A stretch of DNA of 35,667 nucleotides. It comes from Ginkgo biloba. Lineage: Eukaryota; Plantae; Ginkgophyta. Below, one piece after another: positions 12,650-24,567 of this stretch (positions within the stretch are counted from its first letter, which is position 1; the number at the start of each line of letters is the position of its first letter). The translations under genes were made by a program, and so were the position numbers. The stretch lies in assembly GCA_024626585.2 (NCBI GenBank), contig JANKJI020000002.1, forward strand, positions 162,473,061 through 162,508,727, in the 5' to 3' direction. Below the pieces are notes generated by a model. The model saw nothing but the letters and a program-made list of their open reading frames with translations, ran no database searches and had not been told where the DNA came from.

Positions 12650-13463
12650 TAATGAGAGTGACTTTGACACCCCAGTAAGAGATCTAACGTTAGATTCCAT
12701 AATTTATGAATTGATCACACCGTTCACAATGCAACGAAATGCAATCTTTCAAACTGTGGACGACTCACATGAGAAAGACAACAACAGCAACATGCATAAT
12801 AGGAATAACAAAAATGGTGGAAATGGCCAAAGTAAAGGTGTAAATAGCAACAACAACAATAATGGCAGTGGCAATCAACCACCTAAATTGTGGTGTTGAA
12901 TGGCCTCGTCTTTTACTGTTTGGCAATCACTTAGCATTATTTAAAAAAATCTTGTAAGCCAAAGGAATCATGAATGAATGTGAGATTAAAACTCATTTCT
13001 TTAGTACTCTACACAGTGCAGCCATCGTACATTTGCGCAAACAATCTCGCATGGGCAAAAGTGCAAAAACCATACCTTGATTGCTTTCAATGGTTGTGAT
13101 ACCCACTATGACCATTCAAGCTATGGAAGACCTCCGTCAGGCTCCAGGCAAGTCCGTCACAGACTTTGATGGTTAAATGCAAATATTAATCAATAATTTT
13201 TAGCCAGGGAACATCTGATCTTCACCTCAACACCTCAACAAGAAGTATCCATGCCAGCTTGCCCAAATGTGTGGTATCCACCACCATGCAATCAACAAGA
13301 GCACACAAGGAATGAATGCCAAAAAGAAGAAGGGCAGGTAATAAAGCAATGGTGCAATATTTGTGAAGTCGATTCACACAACACCAAGAATTGTTTCTAT
13401 ATCAGATGTCATTAAGGGGCATGTTGTGGGGGATGAGCTGTCATGGTCGTGAAACATGCAACT
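12650..13463 (+). mobile_element. Decayed Ty3/Gypsy gag
   Basis: Asn/Gly-rich linker (12711-12899), EDLRQAPGKSVTDFDG (~13126), and an intact zinc knuckle WCNICEVDSHNTKNCF (CX2CX4HX4C, 13353-13394). Confidence 0.75.
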
Positions 13464-13999
13464 NNNNNNNNNNNNNNNNNNNNNNNNNNNNNNNNNNNNN
13501 NNNNNNNNNNNNNNNNNNNNNNNNNNNNNNNNNNNNNNNNNNNNNNNNNNNNNNNNNNNNNNNNNNNNNNNNNNNNNNNNNNNNNNNNNNNNNNNNNNNN
13601 NNNNNNNNNNNNNNNNNNNNNNNNNNNNNNNNNNNNNNNNNNNNNNNNNNNNNNNNNNNNNNNNNNNNNNNNNNNNNNNNNNNNNNNNNNNNNNNNNNNN
13701 NNNNNNNNNNNNNNNNNNNNNNNNNNNNNNNNNNNNNNNNNNNNNNNNNNNNNNNNNNNNNNNNNNNNNNNNNNNNNNNNNNNNNNNNNNNNNNNNNNNN
13801 NNNNNNNNNNNNNNNNNNNNNNNNNNNNNNNNNNNNNNNNNNNNNNNNNNNNNNNNNNNNNNNNNNNNNNNNNNNNNNNNNNNNNNNNNNNNNNNNNNNN
13901 NNNNNNNNNNNNNNNNNNNNNNNNNNNNNNNNNNNNNNNNNNNNNNNNNNNNNNNNNNNNNNNNNNNNNNNNNNNNNNNNNNNNNNNNNNNNNNNNNNN

Positions 14000-15965
14000 T
14001 GAAAGCTTACCTACTACAGTAGTAGTGATCACAATTCCTCAAGACTTTGTCCCGGTCTGCATGCGTAATACCAAAACTTCCTACCTAGACACTACTAGAA
14101 TGACGATGGTTATACAACACAAAAAACAATCCAAGATGGGGAAAACAAGCGTTAACATTATGACAAAATAGTCTAGCAATATTTCCCATTAGTCTCACAT
14201 GGGCCTCAAGTTGAAAAGATCCTTGATGTCAACATTGCTCTAGTACAATCAGCCCAATAAATACCACAACAAGTTCTTATTCAAAATGCACTTATCAGTG
14301 TGCAAAGGATTCAAACAACATGTAGGAAGAAAGTCCTGAAGAACCTAGCATCCAAGGAGAAATTGTAATCAATAATGACAACTCCATGTATAAACGCATG
14401 TTTAACTGGCTACAAGAAGCATATGAAGTCATGGAAACCCACAACTATGTTAAACAAACAATGATTTATCAAGATAAAAGCAGGCCACTCGAACACATGA
14501 AAACATACCTATATGATGATGTTCTAAGCAACTTTAGTGCCACCTCATTTAGGTACTCAACAAACGACGAAATCATCAAGGAAGAAGTCAAAATAACTAG
14601 AACACCACTACAAAACATCCTCGTACACAACATATCCAATGCTGTAGAAGGTTATGGATGGACACACAACAATGGAACATCAAATATGAATTTCACCTTT
14701 CCTTTAACACTAAAAGGATAAGCATTTAAAGAGTACAAAGATTGGATCGAAATGCAACACTATTTCAAAATAGGATTTGGTAATATAAATAAATCAACAC
14801 CAACATTTACTAGAAACAACTTGGATCCAACTCGGAGAGCTATGCATCATTCCTTCTAATTGCTCAATTTCATTGGCCAACCAATAAATATTTGGACCAT
14901 TAGGTACACTTCAAAAGTTACCTATTATAGTAGCAAGGAACACAATTCCTAATGTCTTTGTTGCAGCCTACATGCATAACACCAACACTTGTTACCCAAC
15001 ACTTCTAGGACAACAATGGTTATACGATGCAAAAAACAATCCAAATTAGGGGAAATAAATATTTACACTATCAAGAAATAGTCAAAAGGTATTATTGCCC
15101 ATTAGTCTAACATAGACCCCAAGTTGAAAAAATCTTGGAGTTTTAACACCATTTCTAGTATAATCACCACAACAAGTTCCTATTTGGAATGCACTTATCG
15201 ATGTGCAAAGGATCCAAACAACACATAGGNNNNNNNNNNNNNNNNNNNNNNNNNNNGAAGTTTATACTAAAGAGCCTAACATCCGAGGTGAAATTGTAAT
15301 CAATAATGACGGCTCCAAGCCTAAACACATGCTAAACTAGCTACAAGAAGCATATGACATTATGGAAACCCATAAGTGTTTTGAAGAAACAATGATCTAT
15401 GAAGATGTAAGGGGCCATCTGAAGACATAAAAAACAAACCAATATGATGATGTTCTAAGCAACTTNNNNNNNNNNNNNNNNNNNNNNNNNNNNNNNNNNN
15501 NNNNNNNNNNNNNNNNNNNNCGAAACAACCAAAGTATCAACACCTACATTATTGCAAGCATATCTAATTTGCCAATGCCACCACAAAATGTCCTGCAACA
15601 CAACATATCCAACGTTGTATTAGGTTATGGATGGGCACAATAATGGAACGTCGAATATGGACATTCAATTTTCCTTTAACATTGGAAGGATGAGCATTTA
15701 AAGAGTTCAATGATTGGATAGAAATGCAACGCCATTTTCGAATACAATTTGGTATTATCAATGCATCAATATCAACGTTTTACTATAAATATTAAACAAC
15801 TTGAATCCAACTAGAAGAGTTAGGCATCATTCCTTATAATTGCTCAATTTGATCGGCCAAACCCTATTTTAGTAACGGGGAACACAATTCCTCAAGACTT
15901 CATCGTGGTTCGCAAACATAACACCAACACTTCCTACTCAACACTACTAGCACGACAATGGTACT
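14000..15965 (+). repeat. About 0.9-kb diverged tandem duplication (two units plus the start of a third) of a Gypsy protease-region segment
   Basis: Homologous starts at ~14001, ~14912 and ~15860 (CACAATTCCT...AC(A)CCAA(C/A)ACTT...ATGGT). Copy 2 encodes YPTLLGQQWLY, resembling the LLGRPWL end motif of retroelement aspartic proteases. Confidence 0.8.
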
Positions 15966-15984
15966 ATGTATGCGAAGCTTCAAT

Positions 15985-17902
15985 CTTGAACATGGGGCAA
16001 ATGCATACATGAGTGACCAATTGAGCTCAAATGGAAAGATTAGTTGCCAACATTTGAGGAGGGATTATACCATACAAAACGTGAATTCCACAATCATTTG
16101 GCATGGAAACCAACATTTATGGAAAATGTGATTCAAGTATTAGTTAAGGATTTCATACATAAAGTGAAGGATCCAAATTAAGGTGTCACCCTTGAGACAT
16201 GGCAAGCTCATGCCAAGGCAGCCTAAGTTGAGGGAAAATATTTAATTCATTCAATAAAATTTTGATGTACAAATGGAGGACATTGACCCAAATCAGACAC
16301 CTACCAATGGTCTATATGCAATTATGACAAGAAATTCTACCCAAACTAAATTCCAAAACATGGAGCACAAATCCTATAGGTCAATCACGATCAAAAAGAT
16401 ATCTTTGACTTGATATACATAAAAGTCAAAGCACAAATGAGAAAAGGGCAATTGAAAAGGAGTTGGTTGGTATAAAAGTACACTTCAATGAACTTGACAA
16501 AGAATTAAGCAAGAAAGAACACATGTTGAAGGTATCCATTTAAAGCACATCAAAAGGCTCAATTGCATGTGTGTTGATCAGAATATAAAGACGAAGCGAA
16601 CATAGAATCAACTTGTTGTCATGGTTCAAAACATGCAATAGGAAGGCATTGCAATATCATCAAAACTCAATATGGACACAAAATATTAGCAATATGTTTT
16701 CAAACCAATATTTTTGTAATTTTGGTACCAACATAATTTTGAGCGGAGATATCACTTACCTAATACCAGACATCATTTTTTTTTTTTCTTCTTGAGTGAG
16801 GACACTGTAGACTTGTGTCCAANNNNNNNNNNNNNNNNNNNNNNNNNNNNNNNNNNNNNNNNNNNNNNNNNNNNNNNNNNNNNNNNNNNNNNNNNNNNNN
16901 NNNNNNNNNNNNNNNNNNNNNNGAGTGAGGACACTGTAGACTTGTGTCCAACAAAATGTATTCTTGGTAGTAAGCATGACAAGTATAAACAAATCAAAGC
17001 AAAACAAACAGTTAATAATGACAAACAATAGTTTTGGACATAGGAGATCAATCCCAATCTAATAGTTAATAGATCACAAAGATACACACTAGTTGCTATG
17101 ATTACATACCAACCACAAGTGATAGTAGGCGGTAGGCAGTCACAAGCCCCAAAACACCAATCACAACCAAGTATAAGTCGGTTGCAAACCATAAATGAAG
17201 ACAATTTACCATTTTCACTTGATACTCTTAGTATTTCATCTGTGAACCTCAATCCTTAACATGGGTAAATGCATACATGAGTGACCAATTGAGCTTAAAT
17301 GGAAGGATTGGTTGACAACATTTGAGGTATTAGACCGCACAAAACATGAAATCCACAATAATTCAACATAGAAACCGACATCCATGGGAAATGAAATTCA
17401 AGCATTAGTTAACAATTTGGTAGATAAGTGAAGGATCTAAATCAAGGTGTCACGCTGAGGACATGGCAAGCTCACATCAAGGTTGCTTAAGCCAAGGAAA
17501 AGATTCAATTTCTTTATTAAAATTTGATGTACAAAGGGGGGATGTGCACCCAAATCAAACTCCTACCAATATTCCATATGCAACTATGACAAGCAAATTC
17601 GACCAAGATAAATTCCAAAACAAGGGGCATAAACCTTATAGGTCGATTGTAAACAAGAGGATATCTTTGACTTGAAATACTTAAAAGTCAAAGCACAAGT
17701 GAGAAAAGGGGAATTGAAAAGGAGTTGGCTAATATAAAAGTACGCTTCAATGAACAAGACAGAATACATGTTGAAGGTACCCATTTAAAGCACACAAAAG
17801 GGCTCGCTTTCTTGCATGTTGATCACAATGCAAAGATGGAGCAAATGAAGAATCAAATTGTCATTATGGTTGGGAATATGAAATAGGAAGGCATTTCAAT
17901 AT
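15985..17902 (+). repeat. About 670-bp diverged direct repeat pair (15985-16660 and 17252-17902)
   Basis: Both copies start AAATGCATACATGAGTGACCAATTGAGCT and end AATAGGAAGGCATT(G/T)CAATAT, and are colinear throughout. Confidence 0.88.
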
Positions 17903-17919
17903 ATTATTTAATAAGAGAC

Positions 17920-17983
17920 TGTTGACACCGGAAAACCCCACCGTGCGCCCGCCGACACGTGGCGGGAGAAGTCTGCGTCAACA
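17920..17983. mobile_element. 64-bp GC-rich element bounded by TGTTGAC...GTCAACA inverted termini (LTR-end-like)
   Basis: Perfect 7-bp terminal inverted repeat with TG...CA, 8 CpGs, and an internal CCCGCC/GGCGGG stem. No TSD. Confidence 0.5.
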
Positions 17984-19230
17984 ACCTCAAAAATTAAAAA
18001 TTTTAATAAATGTGTTGTGTCATTGTAGTNNNNNNNNNNNNNNNNNNNNNNNNNNNNNNNNNNNNNNNNNNNNNNNNNNNNNNNNNNNNNNNNNNNNNNN
18101 NNNNNNNNNNNNNNNNNNNNNNNNNNNNNGATTCTGCAATTTTAGATGCAGCAAAAGTAGAAGAATCCCTCCGACGGAACTTTAGCTTAATTCAACCTTC
18201 GTCTAAGGTTCTCCCCAGCTTCAACAACTCCAAATTACCTCCCAAGAGGTTCACCTTTAACTTCAGCAATGATAGGAGGTTTTGGTAGTAGAGTTTCCTT
18301 CCAAAAAGTCACAATAATCAAGGAGTAGATACGGAGGAGAGTGAATGTTCTCGGTTGCTCAAGTTTCATTGTTTGGAGAGGCATTGCTCTTCCAGGTCAA
18401 TGGAATTCGTCTCCTGCCTCTAACCCTACTCGGGCTCGAACCACTGGCCAAAGGAGGCCAAAGTCTGGCGACATGCAAGGGGGGGTAGGGTTCTCATTGT
18501 TTTGGAAGGCACCACCTCAAAGGATAGCATGGTAGTTTGTTGGTATGTGTAGGGACTGTAGACTTCATTGGCGTCCACATCTATGTTGTTCATCTGACTC
18601 GATTGTGCCTTTGCTACTGCGCAGCTCATGTCTCTGGTTAGCATGCAATTATGGTTTGCAAATCATTCTATGTTTAGGGCAGTCTAGATGGCTATGCTTC
18701 AATTACCCTTCGACTACAGTGGTGTGCTTGTGAGGGCTTCTCTTGCCAATTTTGTGGAGGTCGCAACCCTGGGTTGTCCTGCAACTATAAATGTAAGCGT
18801 TTGGCGAGGTGGCAACTCTATTCACCCAAGTTCTCTTGCTACTCAAAAGCGGCACTGACTTTGGGCTTCGATCCTGTTGGCTCCCACTTTTTTATGAGTA
18901 ATGTCTTTGGTACCCTGCCTAGGGCTTTGTTTGTTCTTGTAGTTTCATTTTGTCATGTTTCAACCTTATGCCCTATGTGGCTGAGTAGGGTTCGTGTTAA
19001 TAGGTAAGGATTTCTCTAGTGCCCTATAAGACTTTGGAAGGGCTATTTGCAGTTTTGATCTCATGTATGTCGTCTTGTAGTGCTCCTAACGTCTTACACT
19101 ACCAAAATATTGCTCCAAATGATATAAAATNNNNNNNNNNNNNNNNNNNNNNNNNNNNNNNNNNNNNNNNNNNNNNNNNNNNNNNNNNNNNNNNNNNNNN
19201 NNNNNNNNNNNNNNNNNNNNNNNNNNNNNN

Positions 19231-19520
19231 AAAGAATCTTAGAAGTCTTCCTTCACCTTCTTCAAAGGGATCCTTTTTTAACTTATCCAAGAACATAGTC
19301 CTAAACTCTAGCCATTTCATTGTTACCTTGATATCAGAAGACACGTTGTGCCACCAATCTCTTAAACATCCTTTGGATTTTGAAGAGACATGAATTTGCC
19401 AATTGAGTAGGACATACTTTCTCCATTTCCATAGCCATTCGTAACCAGTAATAGTGTTTGGCTCTCAAGAAGATAGAAAATATCTAGCCAATTAGCAAAT
19501 TTACTGGCATCCCTCGTATT
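19231..19520 (-). mobile_element. Decayed Ty3/Gypsy gag fragment
   Basis: KSKGCLRDWWHNVSSDIKVTMKWLEFRTMFLDKL matches the retrotransposon gag L.G.A..WW....W..F...FL pattern. Confidence 0.6.
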
Positions 19521-20399
19521 ATTTTCTTTATTGCATCCCAAGAATAAGTGTAAGGTATCTCTTTAGCCATGATGATGATAAGAAAGGGTATAAAAAGCTC
19601 AAAAGCTATGGTGGGATTTGCTAAAAATTTTGTTGGCATAATGAGTGATCACTTAGGTGCCCAAACTATCAAAGGTGTTAGCCTTTAGGATATTCAATGG
19701 AAGGACATTTGGGGGAATTTAAAGTGGTTGTTGAATTGCACTGTGATCAATACTTGATTTCTAAGGAGAGCTAATGCCAAGGAACTTGGTGAAATAATTG
19801 AAAGGATCACTANNNNNNNNNNNNNNNNNNNNNNNNNNNNNNNNNNNNNNNNNNNNNNNNNNNNNNNGGGCTATGATTTTTTTTTTCTTAAATCTAAGGT
19901 TTTATATTAGCATATATTCATGTTTTGTTGTTTAAAGTAATTTGCCCCATAATTTGCAACTCTATTCAATGCCCACTTAATTCCATCTTAGACTATTTGT
20001 GTCCAACCTGCTCACTCGGACTACATTGTAGAAGACAACCTATTTTATGTTGAGCTCGGTTGTTCCATGTTGTATTGCCCTCACGGAGGATTATTTATAG
20101 AAGGTATAAAATGGATGCTTGTTCACAAGACTATGTCATCTCCACCAAATGTTATACAAAAGAAAACTCACTCTGTAATCAATCACAATGAAGGGATCAT
20201 GGTAATGGAGGATAGGATGTGAGGTTGTTGGAGGGGTGCACACAAGACCACAAAAAATACACAATGGTTATGCTTTTGGTCTAAACTACAAACATCTTTG
20301 ATTTGAGTCCGTGAGTGAACCATGGTTGCAATAATAAGTTTGATGGATGAGAGCAAGCATTTGCATGCCCCTCAAAAGTGATTGGATGATAATCCAACT

Positions 20400-21900
20400 G
20401 TAGAAATGCAAACCTGACACTAATAATCTGGTCATTAATTTTCATAAGGTTCAAACCTTTGACAATGTATTTGTGAGCTTGCAGTGCATTTCTACAAACA
20501 TTTGGATATTTCACCATGGACAATTCAAGTTCTATTAATACTTTATCATTATCTAATTAATGGGCTGATTGCACTTGATGCTCTTCGAAAGAGATCCAAG
20601 GACCTTTCCCATACTTTTTCGTCCAAATCCAATATGGTGCCTACGAGAATAAGATCGTCTACAAACAGTCGATGAGTAAGTGGCTAATAATTTGGATTGA
20701 CTCCAATATCCAAGAAAATAGCATTGTAATGCAAGAAATTATGTACTCTTTCAAAACAAAGATAACGTTGGTAGTAATATGCAAGATAGTGTGGAAAGCC
20801 CATGACAAAATATTATGGTACTTCATAGATACATCCCTATATGATCAAGGTCTTCCTTGACAGGTTGTTAAAATGAACACCATCACGTTGAATATCAACA
20901 AGAATGACCATTTTGGTGAATGGAAAGAGTTCTTCATTTTAACCTCCATATTAAGGGATAAGGGAATGTTTCTCTTTATCTACATCCCTAAATATTTTGG
21001 CGACATATGTTTTCTCTAGACTTGTTAAGAACTAGGATTTGTTAGAGGGCATTACAAGCATAAAATTAAAAAAAAAAAAAACTACTATCATTCTGCAAAT
21101 GTTTGCAAATGAAATTATTTCCATTGAGTATCCAAAATCAATATTATCAAGAATCTAGGTTATAAATACCAAGTACTTATTGAGAAAAGAAAAAACAACT
21201 ATCATGTTAGATTAGTGTCCAAATGCACTCTATAATGTTTCATACCAAATAATGCCAAAAGTCCTTGAAAGATATAATCCCTCCTCCAAGTAGTAGCTTA
21301 GGGACAATAACCTTTTCTAACTTCAAGAGAATCCATGACAAAATCATTGTAATACAAGAGGTTATGCAATCTNNNNNNNNNNNNNNNNNNNNNNNNNNNN
21401 NNNNNNNNNNNNNNNNNNNNNNNNNNNNNNNNNNNNNNNNNNNNNNNNNNNNNNNNNNNNNNNNNNNNNNNNTCCATGCATGACACACCTTCAAGTCTTA
21501 AAGAAGGGAGTGGTAATGCCATTAACTAACATGGACATCTTTGGTTGATTGTGGATAGGCCACCACCGACTTTCTAAAGAAAACTGTAAATATTTCATGC
21601 CCCATGCATGAAAGAATATAAGACCATTTAGTGCAATCAAACACAAACAAAAACATCTTTGAAGATCATAACTTTCAAGTTTTGCCATTTAATAGACTAA
21701 AAGTTTTGTCTTAGATATTCCTTTCTTTGACAAGAGCAATTCGCTTCGTTGACACTAGCATTGATACGATCTCTTGGATCCTCTTTACAATGATTTTTGC
21801 CTTATTTTGTACAATGAATTGCTTGGTTTCCAAGATGTCACTTTATCCCCCTTATCTCCTTAAGAATTAACATAACTTGAATTTATAGCGGGATGCATGA
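20400..21900 (-). mobile_element. Decayed LINE ORF2 reverse-transcriptase fragments
   Basis: SMLVNGITTPFFKT*RCVMHG (~21476-21540; the VNG...F...RGLRQG motif) and PLTHRLFVDDLILVG (FVDD at 20654-20665). Many stops. Boundaries are approximate. Confidence 0.7.
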
Positions 21901-22119
21901 ACCCATTATGCTGCAATTATGGGATCAACCCATGAATTCAACTCTGATGATGTCAATGTACCCTACCAACCCATAAGGAATCCATATGGTATAGGATTGC
22001 ATAAGTCTTCATTTGCTGAATCACCATCTATATCTCCTCCTGTGAGATAGAAGCTTTGAAGGCATCAGGATTTGCTATCTTCCGGGATCGTGACATTGGC
22101 ACATTTGCCTGCCAGACCA

Positions 22120-22300
22120 AGTTAACCCCCCTGCAGGGTTTATCGCAACTCCAGCACATTTGCATGACGGAGTGCATTAACTCCACTGTGCAGTTATTGC
22201 CACATCAGCATGTTCATGCAACGGACCATGTTAACCCCACTGCATGATTATCGCCACGTCTTCACATTCGCATTATAATTCCATTGTGTGGTTATCATGA
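22120..22300. repeat. Degenerate ~54-bp tandem repeat, about 3.5 copies
   Basis: TTAAC(C/T)CC.CTG....TTAT(C/T)GC anchors at 22122, 22177 and 22231, with a shortened copy at ~22275. Confidence 0.75.
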
Positions 22301-22309
22301 CAGTAATCA

Positions 22310-23200
22310 CAGAGGCATGGAGAAGTGTTTGAATAGCTTTCACTCTGTCCCTTTCATTTCCTTCAGATATCCATAACACCTTTGAAAAAGATCAAACTCC
22401 CCTTTTTATTGCCTCCTTAATCAGCACCCAATATCATAGACATACAGTTGAAAGTCAACCTGGCTTTAATTACACATTAGTACAATTTCATGTTTCAATC
22501 AGTTTCCTTCATCCATTTTCATTTAGCCTTGATTTCATGTGCTTGGCATCCTTTTTGTTGCTGGAGTTAAGTTGATTGGTTGGTTAACTCATCAGACAAG
22601 TGAAAATCCTCACTGTTGTCAGGGTTGATTTCCAGTTTTTGCAAACAATCTTCAATTGCTCACTCCATGTTTCCCCTGGCCCTGTATCACTCCTTTATTT
22701 AATATTTCCTTTTTGTAAGGACTTCATTTCTTGCATGAGAATCAACCATTTCTGAGCTTCTGTCATCCTTGGCTTTAAGTCAACAACCAAATCCTTCTAC
22801 CTAGAATTAACAACTCTCTTAATGTTGCTGGCTTTCAGCATGGAGTAGCCAACTTGTGAAGGGATGTTGGCAACATTTGGAGTAGAGTGAAATCTAGCAA
22901 GATGAGAATGTGATCAGAGACTTCTGCTCCCTGAATGGCCCGATAATTAGATAATCGGAAACTGTTCCTCAGCTCCAACAAGATATACTCACAATCATCT
23001 CTCCTGAGGACCAACCTTGAACCTTCCTGTCACTAGACCAAGTATGTTTGATGGTGCCTTGCCATCTCGGCTCAAATGACTCTAAATTATCCCTTTTGTT
23101 CTGGAAACCAAGATATTCCTCTCTCCTCAACCTTTTTGTGCTCAATTCTCCCATTATAACTAATTTACTCATGTTATAAGACTTACTCTCCAAGAAAAAA
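22310..23200 (-). mobile_element. Decayed LINE ORF2 endonuclease-to-linker fragment
   Basis: KLVIMGE..., KHTWS and SDHILILLDF (SDH at 22910-22918) are APE-endonuclease-like motifs, followed by a W..E.D.N.K-like linker motif near 22480-22520. Confidence 0.65.
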
Positions 23201-23736
23201 TGAAGGTAATTGAGCCTAATAAGTGTGTTATATCAATAATTTGACAATAACTCAAATTATAATCNNNNNNNNNNNNNNNNNNNNNNNNNNNNNNNNNNNN
23301 NNNNNNNNNNNNNNNNNNNNNNNNNNNNNNNNNNNNNNNNNNNNNNNNNNNNNNNNNNNNNNNNNNNNNNNNNNNNNNNNNNNNNNNNNNNNNNNNNNNN
23401 NNNNNNNNNNNNNNNNNNNNNNNNNNNNNNNNNNNNNNNNNNNNNNNNNNNNNNNNNNNNNNNNNNNNNNNNNNNNNNNNNNNNNNNNNNNNNNNNNNNN
23501 NNNNNNNNNNNNNNNNNNNNNNNNNNNNNNNNNNNNNNNNNNNNNNNNNNNNNNNNNNNNNNNNNNNNNNNNNNNNNNNNNNNNNNNNNNNNNNNNNNNN
23601 NNNNNNNNCTCATAAAATCTTTGGGGAAAAGGGAATAAGGTCATTCAAGGCCCAATTTTTTTCATTGTTGGCTCTAGAAATCTAAATTGTCACTTTTCTA
23701 TAGTCGATTGTTTCTTTTAGACTACCTAATGATCTA

Positions 23737-23832
23737 TAACTAGAAAGGCAGAGCAACTAATAATGGTAAAGGCACAGCAACCAATAATTGGAGAGGCATA
23801 GCAACCAATAACTAGAGAGGCGGAGCAACCAA
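23737..23832. repeat. Four-copy degenerate 24-bp tandem repeat overlapping the end of exon 5
   Basis: Minus-strand units: TTGGTTGCTCCGCCTCTCTAGTTA / TTGGTTGCTATGCCTCTCCAATTA / TTGGTTGCTGTGCCTTTACCATTA / TTAGTTGCTCTGCCTTTCTAGTTA. Confidence 0.95.
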
Positions 23833-23889
23833 TTTTATTTTCACTGGACAATCACTGTTACCCTCAGCTTCAGCCTTCTTCATCGCTTC
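23812..23889 (-). CDS. eIF2alpha: eIF2-alpha coding exon 5, truncated in this assembly (EAMKKAEAEGNSDCPVKIKLVAPPL*)
   Basis: Acceptor gttacag|GAA, then 25 conserved codons and TAG (23812-23814) where Tyr of LVAPPLY is expected. No normal donor follows. Confidence 0.93.
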   Translation of the reverse strand, partial: EAMKKAEAEGNSDCPVKIKLVAPPL

Positions 23890-24125
23890 CTGTAACTTAG
23901 AAAACATTTATATTTAATCTGACCACTTAACCAAAACATTGCCAGCAACGTTGCAAATTTCATGAGTTGCTTGATTCATGCCCAATACATTTGACACGCA
24001 CAAATTTGTAAAATAAAACAGTCCTGCAATAGTGCAAGTGATAGATGTTTTGCATTAAAGGCAGGAGGGGAGAAACTTCACTAAACGAATGACTTAACCC
24101 TTGTAGAAGCAGTTGTAGTAAAGAC

Positions 24126-24272
24126 CTTGATATGAAGTACACCGTCAAACTGGAAACACTTCAGCTCAATGTCTGCACGAATCTTTAGTGGCTGTGGTGT
24201 CATTCGCCTTCTAATGTTTTTAATAAGGGCATCTTTAACATCGTCTGACATTGCAGGCTCCACTTTTATTAC
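24126..24272 (-). CDS. eIF2alpha: eIF2-alpha coding exon 4 (VIKVEPAMSDDVKDALIKNIRRRMTPQPLKIRADIELKCFQFDGVLHIK)
   Basis: Acceptor catcag|GTA, donor AAG|gtcttt. 147 nt, with the conserved IRRRMTPQPLKIRADIE motif. Confidence 0.96.
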
Positions 24273-24374
24273 CTGATGTTTTGAAATATTTCAGAATAAA
24301 TTCACAAATTCCTCAATAAATAAGCAAAAAGTAGCAGCCTAAAGGGCTTGATCAGTCAAGGTTCAAGGTAAAAC

Positions 24375-24461
24375 CTCTTGTCCATCAGGGCCAATCTCTT
24401 TGACTTCTCTGGTAAGATTGTTCAAGACAGAATCTGGATCTGTTACTATCACCTTGAAAGC
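24375..24461 (-). CDS. eIF2alpha: eIF2-alpha coding exon 3 (AFKVIVTDPDSVLNNLTREVKEIGPDGQE)
   Basis: Acceptor ttttggcag|GCT, donor GAG|gtttta. 87 nt, in frame. Confidence 0.96.
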
Positions 24462-24567
24462 CTGCCAAAATCAGAACAAAATAAGTTGTGCAAAAGCCAG
24501 CAGGAGAGGTTGAAACATGAGCTTTAAAAGTAAAATAAGCTAACATGCGAATGAATCCAACATATAC

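Noticed and set aside
4575-14171. Long ORFs in the track (200-390 aa)
   Set aside because: They consist almost entirely of X residues from N gaps.
16773-16822. Minus-strand YSVLTQEEK as the missing YVLTTQTLDK segment
   Set aside because: Poor match, no donor site, runs into a homopolymer tract, and lies at a gap edge within TE sequence.
16794-16951. Perfect 29-bp direct repeat GAGTGAGGACACTGTAGACTTGTGTCCAA, superficially CRISPR-like or TSD-like
   Set aside because: The two copies sit exactly on either side of a 100-N gap, so they are overlapping contig ends (assembly artifact). The context is also eukaryotic.
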